A DNA stretch of 64,000 nucleotides from Rhynchobatus australiae (taxonomy: Eukaryota): the NCBI GenBank assembly GCA_034780895.1, contig JAUZTB010000001.1, positions 97,611,500 to 97,675,499 on the forward strand. The letters run 5' to 3'. Shown here in pieces: positions 1-14,100 of this stretch; position 1 is the stretch's first letter; each line of letters begins with the position of its first letter. The position numbers and the translations under genes were made by a program. A model generated the notes under the pieces. That model was not told the origin of the DNA. It was given only the letters and a program-made list of their open reading frames with translations, and ran no database searches.

Positions 1-1260
1 TCTACACCATCTAGATTGCTCTATCTAAAGTAAAGTTCCTGTTATAACCCATGTCTGTATTCCTCCAAAATTCCATCTTTCTCAACACTGGGATATTATC
101 CAGTAGTGTTCATGCCATTTCAAGCAATTGCAGCTCATATCCTTTCTTCAACTATAGTTTCCAAATTCACTTGATCTAGCCTTCTTTCAGTAATGCAACT
201 CATATAAAAAGTGTCTGCCACGTGAACTGATGATAATCACAGACCAATGAATGGCTGGGATTGTGTTATGCAATTCTGAATTATAAGAAATCTTGGTCTT
301 TATTCTTCTACCCACCTCCATAGTCAGATGGGTTTATCTTGGATTTTGACTCATGTTTGGGGTTTTAATAGCAATGTCTGACAAGAGGAAAATATGGTAA
401 CAGGGTCTACTGAAATTCCATATATAATCACAATTTCTTCCAATGGTTCCGCAGTACGACTCAGTTCTTGGGACTAAATTAGATACTGCGAACTGTACAA
501 TTGTTTACATTTTGTTCTCCTATATAGGTTGATTGCAAAGGAAAGTGATACTAAGGTTTTCTTTCAAAGCTTCATTTATCTAATACACTGTTACTACTTC
601 ATTCATCCAATGCATCATCACCTTGATGGGATGTAAACCTGAACCTAATTTGCACCGAGAAGCCAAAGGTTCCTCCGGAATGACTGTAGATTTATTGAAG
701 GATGACTACAGAATTAATCAGATTACCTGGTTCAGAGAGAGTTTCTATAACATATTCACTGAAGATGGCACTATATGGTTTCCCTTTGTAGCCATGTAGA
801 AAGGAATGCTCAGATTTTAGTTCTTTTCAGCCTCTGAATTATCCCATTCAGATGCTATTCCATGGTGCAATATTTTGCCTTGCCTGTTGGTCATTTTTTC
901 ACCTTCTTTGCTGAGCACAGCACAGCTTTAGAAGAGGACAGGACAAAAGGTATTCATCCCACTTCCCATTTATGTACGCCCTTTATAATGGCATCCATAA
1001 TAGCAACAAATTCTTTGAATACTGAAATAAGGGTGATGAGCCTTTCATTCCACAAGCTCAAGTGAAATATTAGCTTAACTCACTTGTTAGGAACTGATGA
1101 GACTGGGTGAAAGATTAGTTTAACACCCTGCCCAATTTTATGCTATGTTCAAGTCATTGGAGAGTAACATGTGGTGAGGTGTAAAACCAGTATTCTGACC
1201 AATTTTGAGTTCCCAACAGGCTTGTTAGGTTGATGTCCTGAAGCCCACTAGCTCCTATTG
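1..1260 (-). mobile_element. Possible highly degenerate L1/Tx1-type LINE ORF2 3' region
   Basis: Minus-strand peptide scraps (FTPHHMLLSNDLNI, KEFVAIMDAII) resemble the C-terminal region of fish L1/Tx1 ORF2. Many stops; weak call. Confidence 0.3.
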
Positions 1261-1364
1261 CCAGCCTCACAAGGATTATTCCTGTGCAAGACAAGTCAGG
1301 TCAGTAAATGCCTATGAATCCATGGGAAGATACTGTTACATTTTTGGTATTTTAAGAAATAGTT

Positions 1365-1752
1365 ATTGGTATTGGTATTGGTTTATTATTGTCACTTGTA
1401 CCAAAGTACAGTGAAAAGCTTGTCTTACAAACCAATTGTACAGGTCAATTCTTTACACAGTGCAGTTACATTGAGTCAGTACAGAGTGCATTGAGGTAGT
1501 ACAGGTAAAAACAATAGCAGTACAGAGTAAAGTGTCACAGCTACAGAGAAAGTGCAGTGCAATNNNNNNNNNNNNNNNNNNNNNNNNNNNNNNNNNNNNN
1601 NNNNNNNNNNNNNNNNNNNNNNNNNNNNNNNNNNNNNNNNNNNNNNNNNNNNNNNNNNNNNNNTGGTGATGTTCACTTCCAGGAACTTGAAGCTCTCAAC
1701 CCTCTCAACCTCAGCACTATTGATGTGGGACAGGTGCATGTACACCGCCCCT
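1365..1752 (-). mobile_element. Rex1/Babar-like LINE 3' fragment spanning a gap
   Basis: Peptide AEVERVESFKFLEVNIT on the minus strand. 3' tail reads ggtattggtattggtttattattg on +. Confidence 0.75.
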
Positions 1753-2029
1753 TAACATTCAACATTAAAAATCAACATTATTGATTTTATTTATAAACTG
1801 GACAATATTTATCTTCCAACCAACACCACAGAAGCATAATTTCTGATCATCACCACATTGGTGTTGCTGTGCACAATTGACAGCCATGTTTCTTACCATG
1901 TAATGAACTGTGAAATGTCATGCCATGAAAAAGTCAAATTACATGGAATCTACAGCAAAGAAACAAGCACTGTACCCCACTTCAGTATCCACTAACAGCA
2001 CTGGCCTGGAAGACCCTTTGTTTATGCCT

Positions 2030-2802
2030 ACTCTTGCCCCTCTGAGTTTATGTCTTCATACCTTGACTGTCTCCCCTTGTCCAGTCCCTTCTCAACTACA
2101 TCTGGGACACCTCTCATGCCCTCCACCATTTTGATAACTTCCAGTTCCCGGGCCTCTACTGCTTCATCTTCATCATGGCTGTCCATCCCCTTTCAAGAAG
2201 GCCTTAGAGCCCTCCACTTTTTTCTGGGCAAAGACCCAACCAGTTCTCCTTCACTAACACACTCATCCACCTGGCAGAACTTGTCCTACAATCAACAATT
2301 TTGATTCCTTCCACTTTCTACAAATCAAAAGTCTAGTCAAGGGCACTCACATGGGTCCCAGCTATGCCTGCCTTTTTATTGGCTATGTGGAACGCTCCTT
2401 GTTCCAAGCCTACTCTGGCAGCACTTCCCAAACCCTTCTCCACTACATCGACAACTGAACTGGTGCTGCTTCTTGCACTCGTATGGAACTCGTCAATTTT
2501 ATCACCTTTGCTACTAACTTCCATCCTGCCCTAAAATTCACCTGGATCATTTCTGACACTTCTCTCTCTATTCTGGATCTCTCTGTCTTCACCTCAGGAG
2601 ACAGACTATCTACTGATAGCTACTGGAAACCCACTGAGTCCCACAGCTCCCTCAACTACATCTCCTCTCTGTAATGTAGCCATCCTCTTCCCTCAGTTTC
2701 TCTGATTCCACTGCATCTCTCAGAATGATGCTTTTCATTCCAGGACTTCTGAAATTTCCTCCTTTTTCAGGAAACATGGCTTCTCCTCTGCTGTAGTTGA
2801 TA
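2030..2802 (+). mobile_element. Penelope-like element, degenerate reverse transcriptase
   Basis: Frameshifted peptides THMGPSYACLFIGYVE, HYID, FITFATNFHPALKFTWIISDTSLSILDLSV, STDSYWKPTESHSSLNYISS, typical of PLE RT. Confidence 0.85.
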
Positions 2803-3007
2803 GAGATAGTACTTAGTTTGCCTGTATTAATTAAAAGAATCTACTAAAATGCTGAACAAATCCAAATGGACATTAATTGCACTCTCAGATTTAATGGTTG
2901 TGTATCATGGTCTTAATCAGAGGCTTATCAGAACACAAGTAAATGCAAGAAAGAAAAGATCTGCATTTACATTTATTGGTGGGTTTGTTGTGCTTTTCCA
3001 GTATTTT

Positions 3008-3355
3008 TAGAGTCATAGGGTCATACAGCATGAAAACAGATCCTTTGACCCACTAAGTGTGCACCAACCATCAAGCATTATTTATGCTAATCCTACACTC
3101 ATCCCATTTTATTCTCTCCTCATTTCCATCAGCTCCCCTCCAGATTTTGCCACTCACACTTGGGATCATTTACAGTGGCCAATTAACTACCAACCTGCAC
3201 ATCTTTGGAATGTGGGAGGAAGCCTGAAGGAAAGCTACACTGTCACAGGGAGCATGTGCAAACTCCACACTGACAGCACCGGAGGTCAGGATTGAACCCA
3301 GGTCGCTGGATCTGTGAGGCAGCAGCTCAGCTAATTGCACTGTTGTACCACCACA
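3008..3355 (-). mobile_element. tRNA-derived SINE with CR1-like tail
   Basis: Reverse complement has a B-box-like gggttcaatcc followed by tgacctccggtgctgtc...gtggagtttgca. Same family as 17470 and 58400. Confidence 0.8.
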
Positions 3356-3502
3356 TTTAAGTTTTAAGCTGCAGTTCTTTCCAGCAGAAATTATAATACT
3401 TCTAGAGTAGTTTTCCTACCATTAATTATCACTAAATCATAGGGGATATGACATTGATTTTGTTCCCCATCCATTTCAAAATATCTGAAAACAGGAATAA
3501 CT

Positions 3503-3625
3503 TGTCTGCGTGGGTTTCCTCCGGGTGCCCTGGTTTCCTCCCACAGAAATGTACGGGTAGGTTAACATGGGTTTAAAATGGGCAGCATGGACTCGTTGGG
3601 CCAGAAGCGCCTGTTACCATGCTGG
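3503..3625 (+). mobile_element. SINE 3' fragment
   Basis: tctgcgtgggtttcctccgggtgc...gtacgggtaggttaa...cctgttaccatgctg. Same family as the minus-strand copy at 44370. Confidence 0.75.
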
Positions 3626-6600
3626 AAATTTTTTAAAAAATTAATATTATATGAGACCAGAATTTAGGCACTGGATTTCAGATTTCATCTTGTAAACAAA
3701 ATAACATTGAAGGGTGTCAGCAAAGTTGGAAGGCCAGCATGTAAAATAAAGTGCCCAATATCTCCATTCAAACATCAAAGGATTTAACAAAAAAGCATTT
3801 GAGTAGACTTGTATTTCTGCCATGAAACTTTATATCTTCCAATAATACCCTGTGACCAATTTCTGTTCTTTAATCTACTAATGTCACTATGATTATCAAT
3901 ACATGCGGCTGAGTTGATCATTTCTTGTTGGATCAGTAGAAGTATGAAACACATGGTAAATCCATTGATTACTGGAGATTTTCTTTCTTGCATTTGTAAC
4001 AAATTGATTTTAATCAATTGCCAGGATCAACCTAGTCACATTGTGGTGGGGTGTAGACTCTGATGCTTGCAGCAGGCATGATTCACACATTCTAGTGCTC
4101 ACAGTGATCGGTTGTAAGGGTTGGTGATGTTCTGGGAAGTTACCAAATTCTAGGTACATTATTCAGCAGCTGCAGGCAAAATTTGAGGAAATACACATCA
4201 GCGGCCTTTTAAACAATTTAATGTAGCCAGCTAGAATAGATTTGTTGAGAGCTTGGACATGGGCCCCTTTCAGCAGGGTGTTGAGAAGCAAGAGAAAATA
4301 CTCTTAAATGGAAAAATTGACGGGAAAATTCTCTGGGTGGGGGTGGGTGGGGAGGGAGAGGGAACGCAAACAAATGGAACCATGTTCAAATGCCATTTGC
4401 TTGCCTTCCAAGAGCTTGAAACTGCCAGTCAGCATAAAATCAATCAGTATGTTTCTCAGCCTATTACCACAGAGGGAAGGGGATATATCCTCTTTGTTGC
4501 TTAACAATGAGCTGGAGAATTTGAAGGGAAGGAGTATGTTGGACTATTGGCATACACGGCCTTGCCTTTTGTTTATGACATCAAAATGGCTGACATCTTA
4601 AACATCTTTATGCTGTTCTGGTACTTTATTGCATCTGTTTGAAAGACTAAAGTAGAAATTTGTATTTAGAAGCAGTGCAGAATGAGTACTTTAAGAATCA
4701 TAACCCATTCCATTCTTTGCTTGAGAGCCAGTTCCATGGACTGCAATAGAATTGAATATTGTTGTGTGTATAACAGATGGGTCAAGCAATAACATCAGTT
4801 TAATGTTCTCACCCAAGCTGTCTTTCCCTCTCCACCACAAAACTCTGCAACCATCTATTAGAATAGGCTTCATTTCTTCTGAATTTAGGATGTTGTGGAA
4901 TTGGATTGAATTTTGATTCTACAGATCTTCAAGTGACTTTGTACCCCCTTGAAGGTAATAGATAAAGGAACTATGGTCCTCAAAATATTTAAACATATTT
5001 GAAGATTTTAGAAAGTGCTTAATATTAGACTATGGATGAATCATTTCACCTGAACTTTATAACTATGTTCTTGTGTGTCATTTGTATTATACATGGAGAA
5101 AGGCTGTAATTTTAGTGAGGACAAATGAAGCCGTAAACTGTGACAAATTTTGAGAATATTAAACATCTTTGACATTTTTATGCTCAATTTTTGTTGTGAA
5201 GCCAACTTGAATCAATGTACAATACTGTGCTACACCACACCACTGTCTTCCTTTATGCAGCTTGCATATTCTATGTAGCTAATTTCTATAGATTTCATTT
5301 TGTAGATTAAGGTATGTAACCAAGAGAGAGGGGAATCTTTACAGATCTGCAACATTTGTTTTTCTCTGGAAAAATTCCACAACTCTTGTGCAAGATGATT
5401 AGCTATGATTTTTCAGGCAGTTTATGAAGACTAGCAAAGGGAGTCTTACATGCAGCTCTACCTCACCACTATATTTCTCTCTTGGATACTGCAGTGCTTC
5501 TGCCTTGTCAGACTGCTTGTTAAAGATCCAGTACACAAACAACGACAATTTCCTCCAATTAGATATTGGGAAGTTATCTTCAGTTCTTTCCACAATCTTT
5601 ATGTGTTCTGAACTATGTCAGGGCAGCATTAAATACCTCTTGACACTTTCTGTCAGGAGACATGGACCTATACAAGAAGAGAAAGTATGCCATTTGGTTT
5701 TATGCTGCTATCCAAGAGACTGCAAACTGAATATTCTTGAGTAGTATCCAATACATGTGTTCCATGGATCAATTTCTAGGCCACAAATTCAGTTTTAATT
5801 AATCAAAATCTCATTAAATTTGTAAGGAAAGGCAATTCAATTATACATTCATACGAGCATGCATTGCAATTCTGTGCTTCCTTGGGAGACAAATTTAAGA
5901 TTTTTCTAATATTCCTCTGCTGTTCCCATGCCATTCCCATTCTCCATTTCTTGAGAGAAAAAACTTGGAGCTGAGGACTCTTCTTTGAACATGTATTGCT
6001 GTGGGGCAACCATTAGTGGGATGACAACATGTTTGGCACAAAATTAATTCTCAGTTTGCCAAGCTTCAACTGCCTCCAACTGCCACATGGTATACCTGTC
6101 TTGTACCTTGTTCAAAAGCCAAATGGGCATCAGTGTCAGCAAGGGAGTTTGAATGCCCCACTGAGGGACACCAATACGTGGGAGCGAGCTCCCATAATAT
6201 TATTAAATTCAAAAGTCATTACAAGAATGTGGAGGTCTGGTTACCATATCGAGTGAACTTTGTGTATTTTCTGANNNNNNNNNNNNNNNNNNNNNNNNNN
6301 NNNNNNNNNNNNNNNNNNNNNNNNNNNNNNNNNNNNNNNNNNNNNNNNNNNNNNNNNNNNNNNNNNNNNNNNNNCTGGTTACCATATCGAGTGAACTTTG
6401 TGTATTTTCTGAATTATGGACAAAATCAACTTGTAGGTGTCTTTTGGACATCTTACCCATTCGTTGGGACGGCCTGTAATTAAACTGAAACTCCTTGGCC
6501 ATTTGACCAGCTTCAACTGCCGGTAGGTACTCTTTGTAAAACTCAACTTGATGAGAATAAAGGGTTAAGGGAAACAAAATAACTGACAAAAAAATACATG

Positions 6601-8089
6601 ACTGGTCTTAAGAGGAGAATGTTCCTGCTGTGCTGCTACACATCAGAGCTACTCTCTGAGGTCCTGGGGATAAGCCGTCTTTGGATGTTGAAACCTACAT
6701 ACACTCCAATTAACACATGCAGAGCTGAAATGTCACATCACCAAATGAGGCTTCTGAGGAGTGTGTACTTTGCTTTGAAATATCAAACACTTTGAGAGGG
6801 ATCAAAAATATTTGACAGAAAGGACCTACATCGCGCACACTCTGAACTTCAATAACTGAGTTGATGATGACGTACATTTTGATTATTAGTATGACTTGGC
6901 TATCTTTGTTTTAAACATGAGAAAACTAAACAATTTAATACACAATCCTTCAAGTTTTCAAGACTAAATCTGCAATCTTGTTTCTGTCTGAAGGGACATT
7001 CTGTTTTTTGCAACAAGAGCGTTATGTAGGTAAACTGCTGCTGTAGACAGGAGCTGATTTATCCAAGCACTTTTACTGGTTGCTGATTTATCCAAGCACT
7101 ATGACAATGTATGGTTCAGCTCAGTTACAAATGTGCAAGTTCAGAATCATGAAGGTATACTCATTGTTAGAAAATGTATAGAAATTTAAAGCAATGTCTT
7201 CTCAACTAAAATGCAGTCGCATAATGTAAATAATCATTTAGTAGAAGTTTTAAAATTTGTTTTGTATTCTAGTTAGGCTAAGTCTCTCCATTCGTAAACT
7301 GAAATTACTTTGTTCTTTCACCCATAGGTAGCTGTTTCTGTGCAGCCCCAATGTTATGACAATTTGTGCTAGATTAATTCTTTAGCTCCATGCAATACAC
7401 TTCACATACAGCGATGATTAAGAATCATAGTGGAGTAGAGGCAATCAGAAGATAATGTTGAGAGACAGATAACAAATAATATTGAAAATGTACAATTAGT
7501 ATTAAAAAATCTTGTTTGATTATTTGGTGAAATAATGTACTATTTCTCAAAAAAACAAATGGAAGCATTTTGAGCTTTTGGTACTATATATTTCAAAATA
7601 TTATGACCAGGGAAGAATAAGAATAGATGTTATTGGATAATCTATTTTTAGATAAATGTACCAAAATGTACCCAATTAGGCCAGAATACAAGTTAGCATT
7701 GATGTAATTAAGACCATGTACAATTTTAATGAGCTACAACAGTCCCATCCTGAAGTGCCAGAAAAATATTTTGCAAATGGATCTAAGGACAAATGAGGTC
7801 AAAATAGGACACAAGTCTTTGCTGATCTGCTGAAACCCAGAGATTCTATCAAGCCTCCTCAACAAGTGGCTACATAACTGTGTCAACAACCCAGAGTGCA
7901 AAATACACCCTCTGTAATCGTTACACAAGATTATACAAAAGACTTCATTGTTTCTCTGATCAAACAGAAAAGTTGATAAAGTGAACATTTTCCCCAAAAT
8001 AATTTCCATTATTGCAGTGTCATTTTCTGGGATAATAATTTTATAGGAACATAAAAAGTAGGACGAGACTGTATTACCCCTCACCACTT

Positions 8090-8580
8090 CACACCAGTTC
8101 ATAAGATGATGGCTGATGTGGCCTTTGGGCCACATTTACTTACCCAACCACTATCATTCTTGATTGTCCTGTAATCCATAAATCTATCTCAAACCTGAAA
8201 GTAGTAAATGCTCGTATCCATAGCTTGCTGGGGTAAAGAATTCCAAAGATTTGCAAGCCTCTGGGAGAACAAATTTTAAGGGGCTGAGCTCTTACCCTAA
8301 GATCATGCTTTCAAATTCTAGTCTTCCCTAGCAGGGGAAACATCCTTATCATTGTCACCCTATCATACCCCTCAGAACTTTATATGTTGCATTCTTCTAA
8401 ACTCCATTGTGTACAGGCCCATTCTGCTCAATCATTTCTCATAACAAGATCCTCTCATCACAAGACTCAATGAAATGAGCCTTTGTTGTACTGCCTCCAA
8501 GGCAAGTTTAACCTTCCTTAAAGAAGACCAAATCAGTACACAGTATATCAGATGTAGCTTCAACAAAGCAATGCACAGTT
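8090..8580 (-). mobile_element. CR1 LINE 3' fragment
   Basis: Degenerate peptide LELCIALLKLHLIYCVLIWS...LEAVQQRL, similar to the CR1 ORF2 C-terminus, plus 3' UTR-like sequence. Confidence 0.7.
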
Positions 8581-9057
8581 CCAATACTTCATTGCTCTCA
8601 TGTTCTTTTCCCATCAACTCCACCACCACCCCCCTGCCCCCATGGATTCTGTTCAGTCAATATCAATTGCAGGTTTCTAAAAAAAATCTCCCTGTCCAAA
8701 AACCGGTGACCTTTTCTTGCAGTTTTATAAGTCTTTTTTTTCAATTTAATAATATCCTTAAACATAGATAGATCACTTTTCCCATTAAGTCAGTCTCTCA
8801 ATGGAATTATAAAACCTTTCTTGAAGTGTCTACCTTTGCTTATCTACCATCATATAGTTTAACCTAATTTTTAAATCTATTTCATCCTCATTCCCATACA
8901 TTGTCCATATTCATGTCTAATGCTCCTATTTTAGATTTAAATTTATCCCTCTCAAGTTCTATCATATTATGATCAGCCTTCTCCAGAGGATCCTTTATTC
9001 TGAGATTACTAGTTATTAGTCATAATAGATGAACAGCTCTAAAATAGATAGATGCCT

Positions 9058-10080
9058 TCAGAATCAGATTTATTATCACTGACATATGTCATAAAATTTG
9101 TTGTTTTATGGCAGCAGTACAATGCAAGACATAAAGACGTAAAAGTTACTATAAGTTACAAAAATAAATAAATAGTGCAAAAGAGGAATAACGAGATAGT
9201 GTTCATGAACCATTCAGAAATCTGATGGCGGAGGGGAAAAAGCTGTTCCTGAAATGTTGAGTGTCGGTCTTCAAGCTCCTGTTCCACCTCCCCAATGGTA
9301 GTAATGAGAAGAGGGCATGTCCCGGGGGGGNNNNNNNNNNNNNNNNNNNNNNNNNNNNNNNNNNNNNNNNNNNNNNNNNNNNNNNNNNNNNNNNNNNNNN
9401 NNNNNNNNNNNNNNNNNNNNNNNNNNNNNNNNNNNNNNNNNNNNNNNNNNNNNNNNNNNNNNNNNNNNNNNNNNNNNNNNNNNNNNNNNNNNNNNNNNNN
9501 NNNNNNNNNNNNNNNNNNCAAGAGTCTTTGGTGACAGACCAAATCTCCTCAAACTCCTAATAAAGTAGAGTCACTGGCATGCCTTCTTTGTGATTGAATT
9601 AATGTGTTGGGCCCAAGATAGATCCTCTGAGCTGTTGACACCCAGGAACTTAATGCTAGTCACCCTTTCCACCATTGACCTCTCAATGAGGACTGGCGTA
9701 TGTTCTCCTGACCTCCCCTTCCTGAAGTCCACAATCATTTCCTTGGTCTTGCTGATGTTGAGTGCGAGGTTGTTGTTGCGACACCACTCAACCAGCTGAC
9801 CTATCTCATTCCTGTATGCCTCCTCGTCACCATCTGAGATTCTGCCAACAACAGTGGCGTCATCAGCAAATTTATAGATAGCATTTGAGCTGTGCCTAAC
9901 CATGTGGTCATGAGTGTAGAGAGAGCAGAGCAGTGGGCTAAGTATCCATCCTTGAGGTGCACCTGTGTTGATTGTCAGCAAGGAGGAGATGTTACTACCA
10001 ACCACACTGTGGTCTCTTGATAAGGAGGTCGAGGATCCAGTTGCAGAGGGAGGTACAGAGGCCCAAGTTTTGAAGTTTGT
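9058..10080 (-). mobile_element. Rex1/Babar-clade LINE, RT and 3' end
   Basis: ORF 9571..10005: TGAPQGWILSPLLCSLYTHD...YKFADDATVVG...WCRNNNLALNISKTKEMIVDFRK. Tail reads tcagaatcagatttattatcactgac on +. Confidence 0.9.
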
Positions 10081-10447
10081 TCAGCCTTGTTTAGTTTACA
10101 AAGCATTTCATGACCCTGTCCTTATTGCTACCATTGAAAATTAAAGTGCACCATGCTTATTTCAGTTGTTTTGTTACAAGCTGCCTTTATTTCTCAATTG
10201 GTTAGTCTGCCCAACACCACAGTTACTATCAGAGGGCCCTGGGCTGCCCCTTGTTATTCCTCATCTTGATTCCACTTCCTGATTTTCCTGCCCAGAGTTC
10301 TTTCCCATTTTTGTCCCAGCATCATTCTTTGCTGTCAGAGATGCCACCTACCTCCCGCTTCCATTCTGCCTGTTCTTCTGGAATGTCTGTCCTGGAATTT
10401 TCAGTCCCTACCTTTGATCCCCTTGCAAATATGGTGGCTAAATAAAG

Positions 10448-11170
10448 TCAGAGAGCAATACAGCACGGATACAGGCCCTTTGGCCCAACGAGTTCATGCT
10501 GATCACGTTGTCCACCTAACTCGTCTCAATTTCCTGCGTTCAGCCCATATCGCTCTGGACCCTCCCATCCATGTACCTATCCAAGTGCTTCTTACATGAT
10601 ACCATTGTACTTGCCTCAACCACTTCCTCTGGCAGCTCATTCCATATACTCACTGTTCTCACATGTAAAAGTTGCCCCTCTCGCCCTAAACCTATGCCCT
10701 CTAGTTTTGGACTCCCCTAGGGAAAAGACTGTTACCATCCACCTTATCTATGCCTCTCATAATTTTAAAAACTCCTTTAAGGTCGAACTTCATTCTCCTA
10801 CGTTCCAAGGAATAAAGACCTGGCCTGGCCAACCTCTTCACCTCACACTTATCTGTATTGAAATGCATCACCTCACACTTATCTGTATTGAAATTCATTT
10901 GCCACTCCATGGCCCATTTCCCCAACTGGTCAAGATCCCCCTGTAATCTACGATAACCTTCTTCACTGTCAATAACACCTCCTAATTTCATGTCATCTGC
11001 AAACTTACTGATCAAGCCTTGTGCATTCACATCCAAATCATTTATATAAATAATAAGGGTCCCAACACCAACCTCTGTGGCACACCACTAGTCACCAGTC
11101 TTCATTCTAAGAAACAATCTTCAATCACCATCCTCCACTTTCAACCTCCAAACCAGTTTTGAATTTTGAA
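10448..11170 (-). mobile_element. CR1 LINE fragment with internal deletion
   Basis: ORF 10701..11036: ISKFADDMKLGG...LQGDLDQLGKWAMEWQMNFNTDKCEVMHF fused to LYSLERRRMKFDL..VFKIMRGIDKVD. Confidence 0.88.
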
Positions 11171-14100
11171 TCCACCTAACTGATTTATCTTTATTTGTAC
11201 CAATAATTCATCTGTCTCATTACAAATGATTTGTGAATTTGAATAAAGGACCTTTAGTTCACTCCCTTACTATCGCAATTTGCTCCATTCCGATTTTAGT
11301 GAAGCTTATCCCAATGGACAGGCTCCCTTTTTTCCCCATATACTGGAGATAATCCTTGTGAATTGAAGCCCCTTTCTTTCACAATACTTTTTGAGCAACG
11401 TATACAACTCTCCGTTATGTTAGATCACATGCCAATTTGTATGTANNNNNNNNNNGTAACCTAGTCTTTAACAGATTATTACCTTTGCTTGTTTTTGTTA
11501 ATTTAGACATTAGCTTCTCCTTCTCCCTCAACAGTGCTGCTTTGTAAATTCTATCATGTTTGTTGGTTCCTACTGGGGCTATGGTGGAGACGAAGGGAGT
11601 TAACTGTATCAAACTATCCAGATGACGTTTCCCTTTTCTGATGCATTGTAATGCCTGTAACTCAGAATCAACAACTCTGAGCCAACTTTGCACAAGGCAC
11701 AGATACTGCAGTTGTGGTTGCTGATGTTTTCTCCAACAACCTCAACATGTTGCTGATACAACACATTACCTGCCCTACCATCCTTTGTTTTATATATTCA
11801 ATTAGTTGCGCTTTCCATGTGTTTGATATCTACATTGTTTCAACAAACTAATTTATCTGTTAGAAGTTAATTAGTCTAAATTACTAAAAATCCACTTTTT
11901 AATCAGTTCTAAGTTTTTAATCAAAAAACACACTAACTTGCACCAAGTATTAGACAAAATTTAAATTTCCTGCTTGAATCTGACACAAGCCACCACAACT
12001 AAAGGCACAAAATAGTACTACCGGCCCCACCACCCTGCCATCTGAATTCCCATGCTATGTTCTAACCCTTTGTACTCTGTTCAATCTGCATGCCATTTAA
12101 TTTGCAATCTGTAGAAATAATAATTTTGTGGCTCACATAAGGGAATATAATAAAATTTTGCAGATGAGTCCAGCCGCTTTGCAGGAGTGTTTCCCAATGT
12201 TAGCAACATTTAATGTGGTTTTAAATAATTTGAAATTAATTTCAGTTGGCAAATGCAAGAAAGGCTTGGAAGCAACTGCAGTGTAGTTGGTAGAAACAAT
12301 TTATTNNNNNNNNNNNNNNNNNNNNNNNNNNNNNNNNGTTCAAAATTGAGAAAACCTAGAGGGGTTTAAACTCTGGTGTTTTGAATTCATGGTTAAGTCA
12401 CTCCTATATGCACTAGTTCAATAAAGTTGTTTGTTTGAATAGGACTGACTTAATTAAAATACCATACATAAGAGCTTTGTCCAAGTGAGCTATTCAGTAC
12501 AGTCAAAATAGTATTAGGTATAAAATTATTCTTCAGAGCATGCAAAAATCATGGCATGGTTATAGAATTAATACCTGTCTAAATGGATTGTGGTCAAGCA
12601 AGATCTCTGGTAGATGTCTCATGAGGCAATGCTCTGTCCAAATTTGCATACAAAGACCAGCCATGGCACTGTTAGCACCCATAATATTAGTATCTTCAGG
12701 AGAGGAAAAAGTTAGGAAAGAAAATGGAAAAAGGGGAAGAGAAAAAGAAAATGTCAGAGGGGAAGGGAAACTACAAACTTAAATCTGTGGATTGCGAGAG
12801 ATCTACTGGAGGACTAAATTAAGTTTGGAGTGCATTTGGATTTGATTTGAAATTGATATGGGAAAGAAATGGTGACAATTATGCATTACAATTCTGAAGT
12901 TTTATCACTAGGACACAAGTTATTTGTAATGTGCTTGTATTTTTGAAAGTTATCTTACAGTCACATAGGGATTCCCATTATAAAATATGTGATTTGTGTC
13001 TTAGTATTTGTGAAGCATTCTCTGTCCGGTCATTATACTGATAGTGCTGATGTGCTCCTAAATGCTGTTCAAAAACAATTTTATCTGAGCATCAATTGTC
13101 AGTACCACTAAAGAGATAACTACCTACATATTCTATGGTCTATAAATGTAAAATACCATACCCTTTCAGATTAATTCCTGAACAAAATGCATCCTAAGTG
13201 CCAAATTGACAATAGTTCAGGTTGTCATGGCAACTTGCTTTTTGTGAGATTACAATACCCTTGGATATAAAATGCTGTACGCAATTGTTGCTCTTATGAA
13301 TTTCAGCATCAGTCTCGGTTGCATTATTACCCAGGCACAGATTTCCTAAACTGGGAAATATCTGGGAGACTTATGGCTATTAATGGACTGAAAATCCTAT
13401 ACCATTATTTAGGGCATGAGGCAGCTGGAAGTTTCATCCAAGTGATGAAAGGGAGGGAAGGAATGGCAATTGATAAAGGTTACTATGGTGACAAAAAGCA
13501 ACCATTCAAGCAACATGCTGTGGCCTACACTGCTACAGAGAATGGTATTCAAGGCAACAAAACTAAAATTAAGAATAAAAGCTATATTTGCATATTTGTT
13601 CATTGCACCAAACTCTGAGCTTTGCTAATCAATGGAATTCTACAAATGAATTAACATAGTTTTATTAAAGGTGTTTCTCAAACATTTGGAGAGCTTTTCT
13701 ACGAATAGAACATTCCAGTCTTTTCTGAATAGCAACTATTTTTTATTACATTGCCCACAGCAGCACAAGACAATAAACAACATTTTAGTTCATCTTGTTT
13801 GTTTTGTTTCCCAGCAAAAAGAAAGGTAAGACAATATTAAGTCTTATACTTTTCAGCATTTCCTTGGCATGGAAGAACACTCCATTGTGCTTATATTGTA
13901 CCCTTAACTAATGGAAAATGTACTTTACTAAAAAAAAGTTAACCTTCAAATATTGCATGCAATACAATCAACTTCTAGAAAGGATACATGCATATAAATT
14001 CCATATTAATTAGAAAGTTCAAGGATTGATTCACTTATTTATGCTGTATTAACTGACCTCAACCAGAGGAATGGTGGGAGCAGTAGGCTGTATGCATGCA

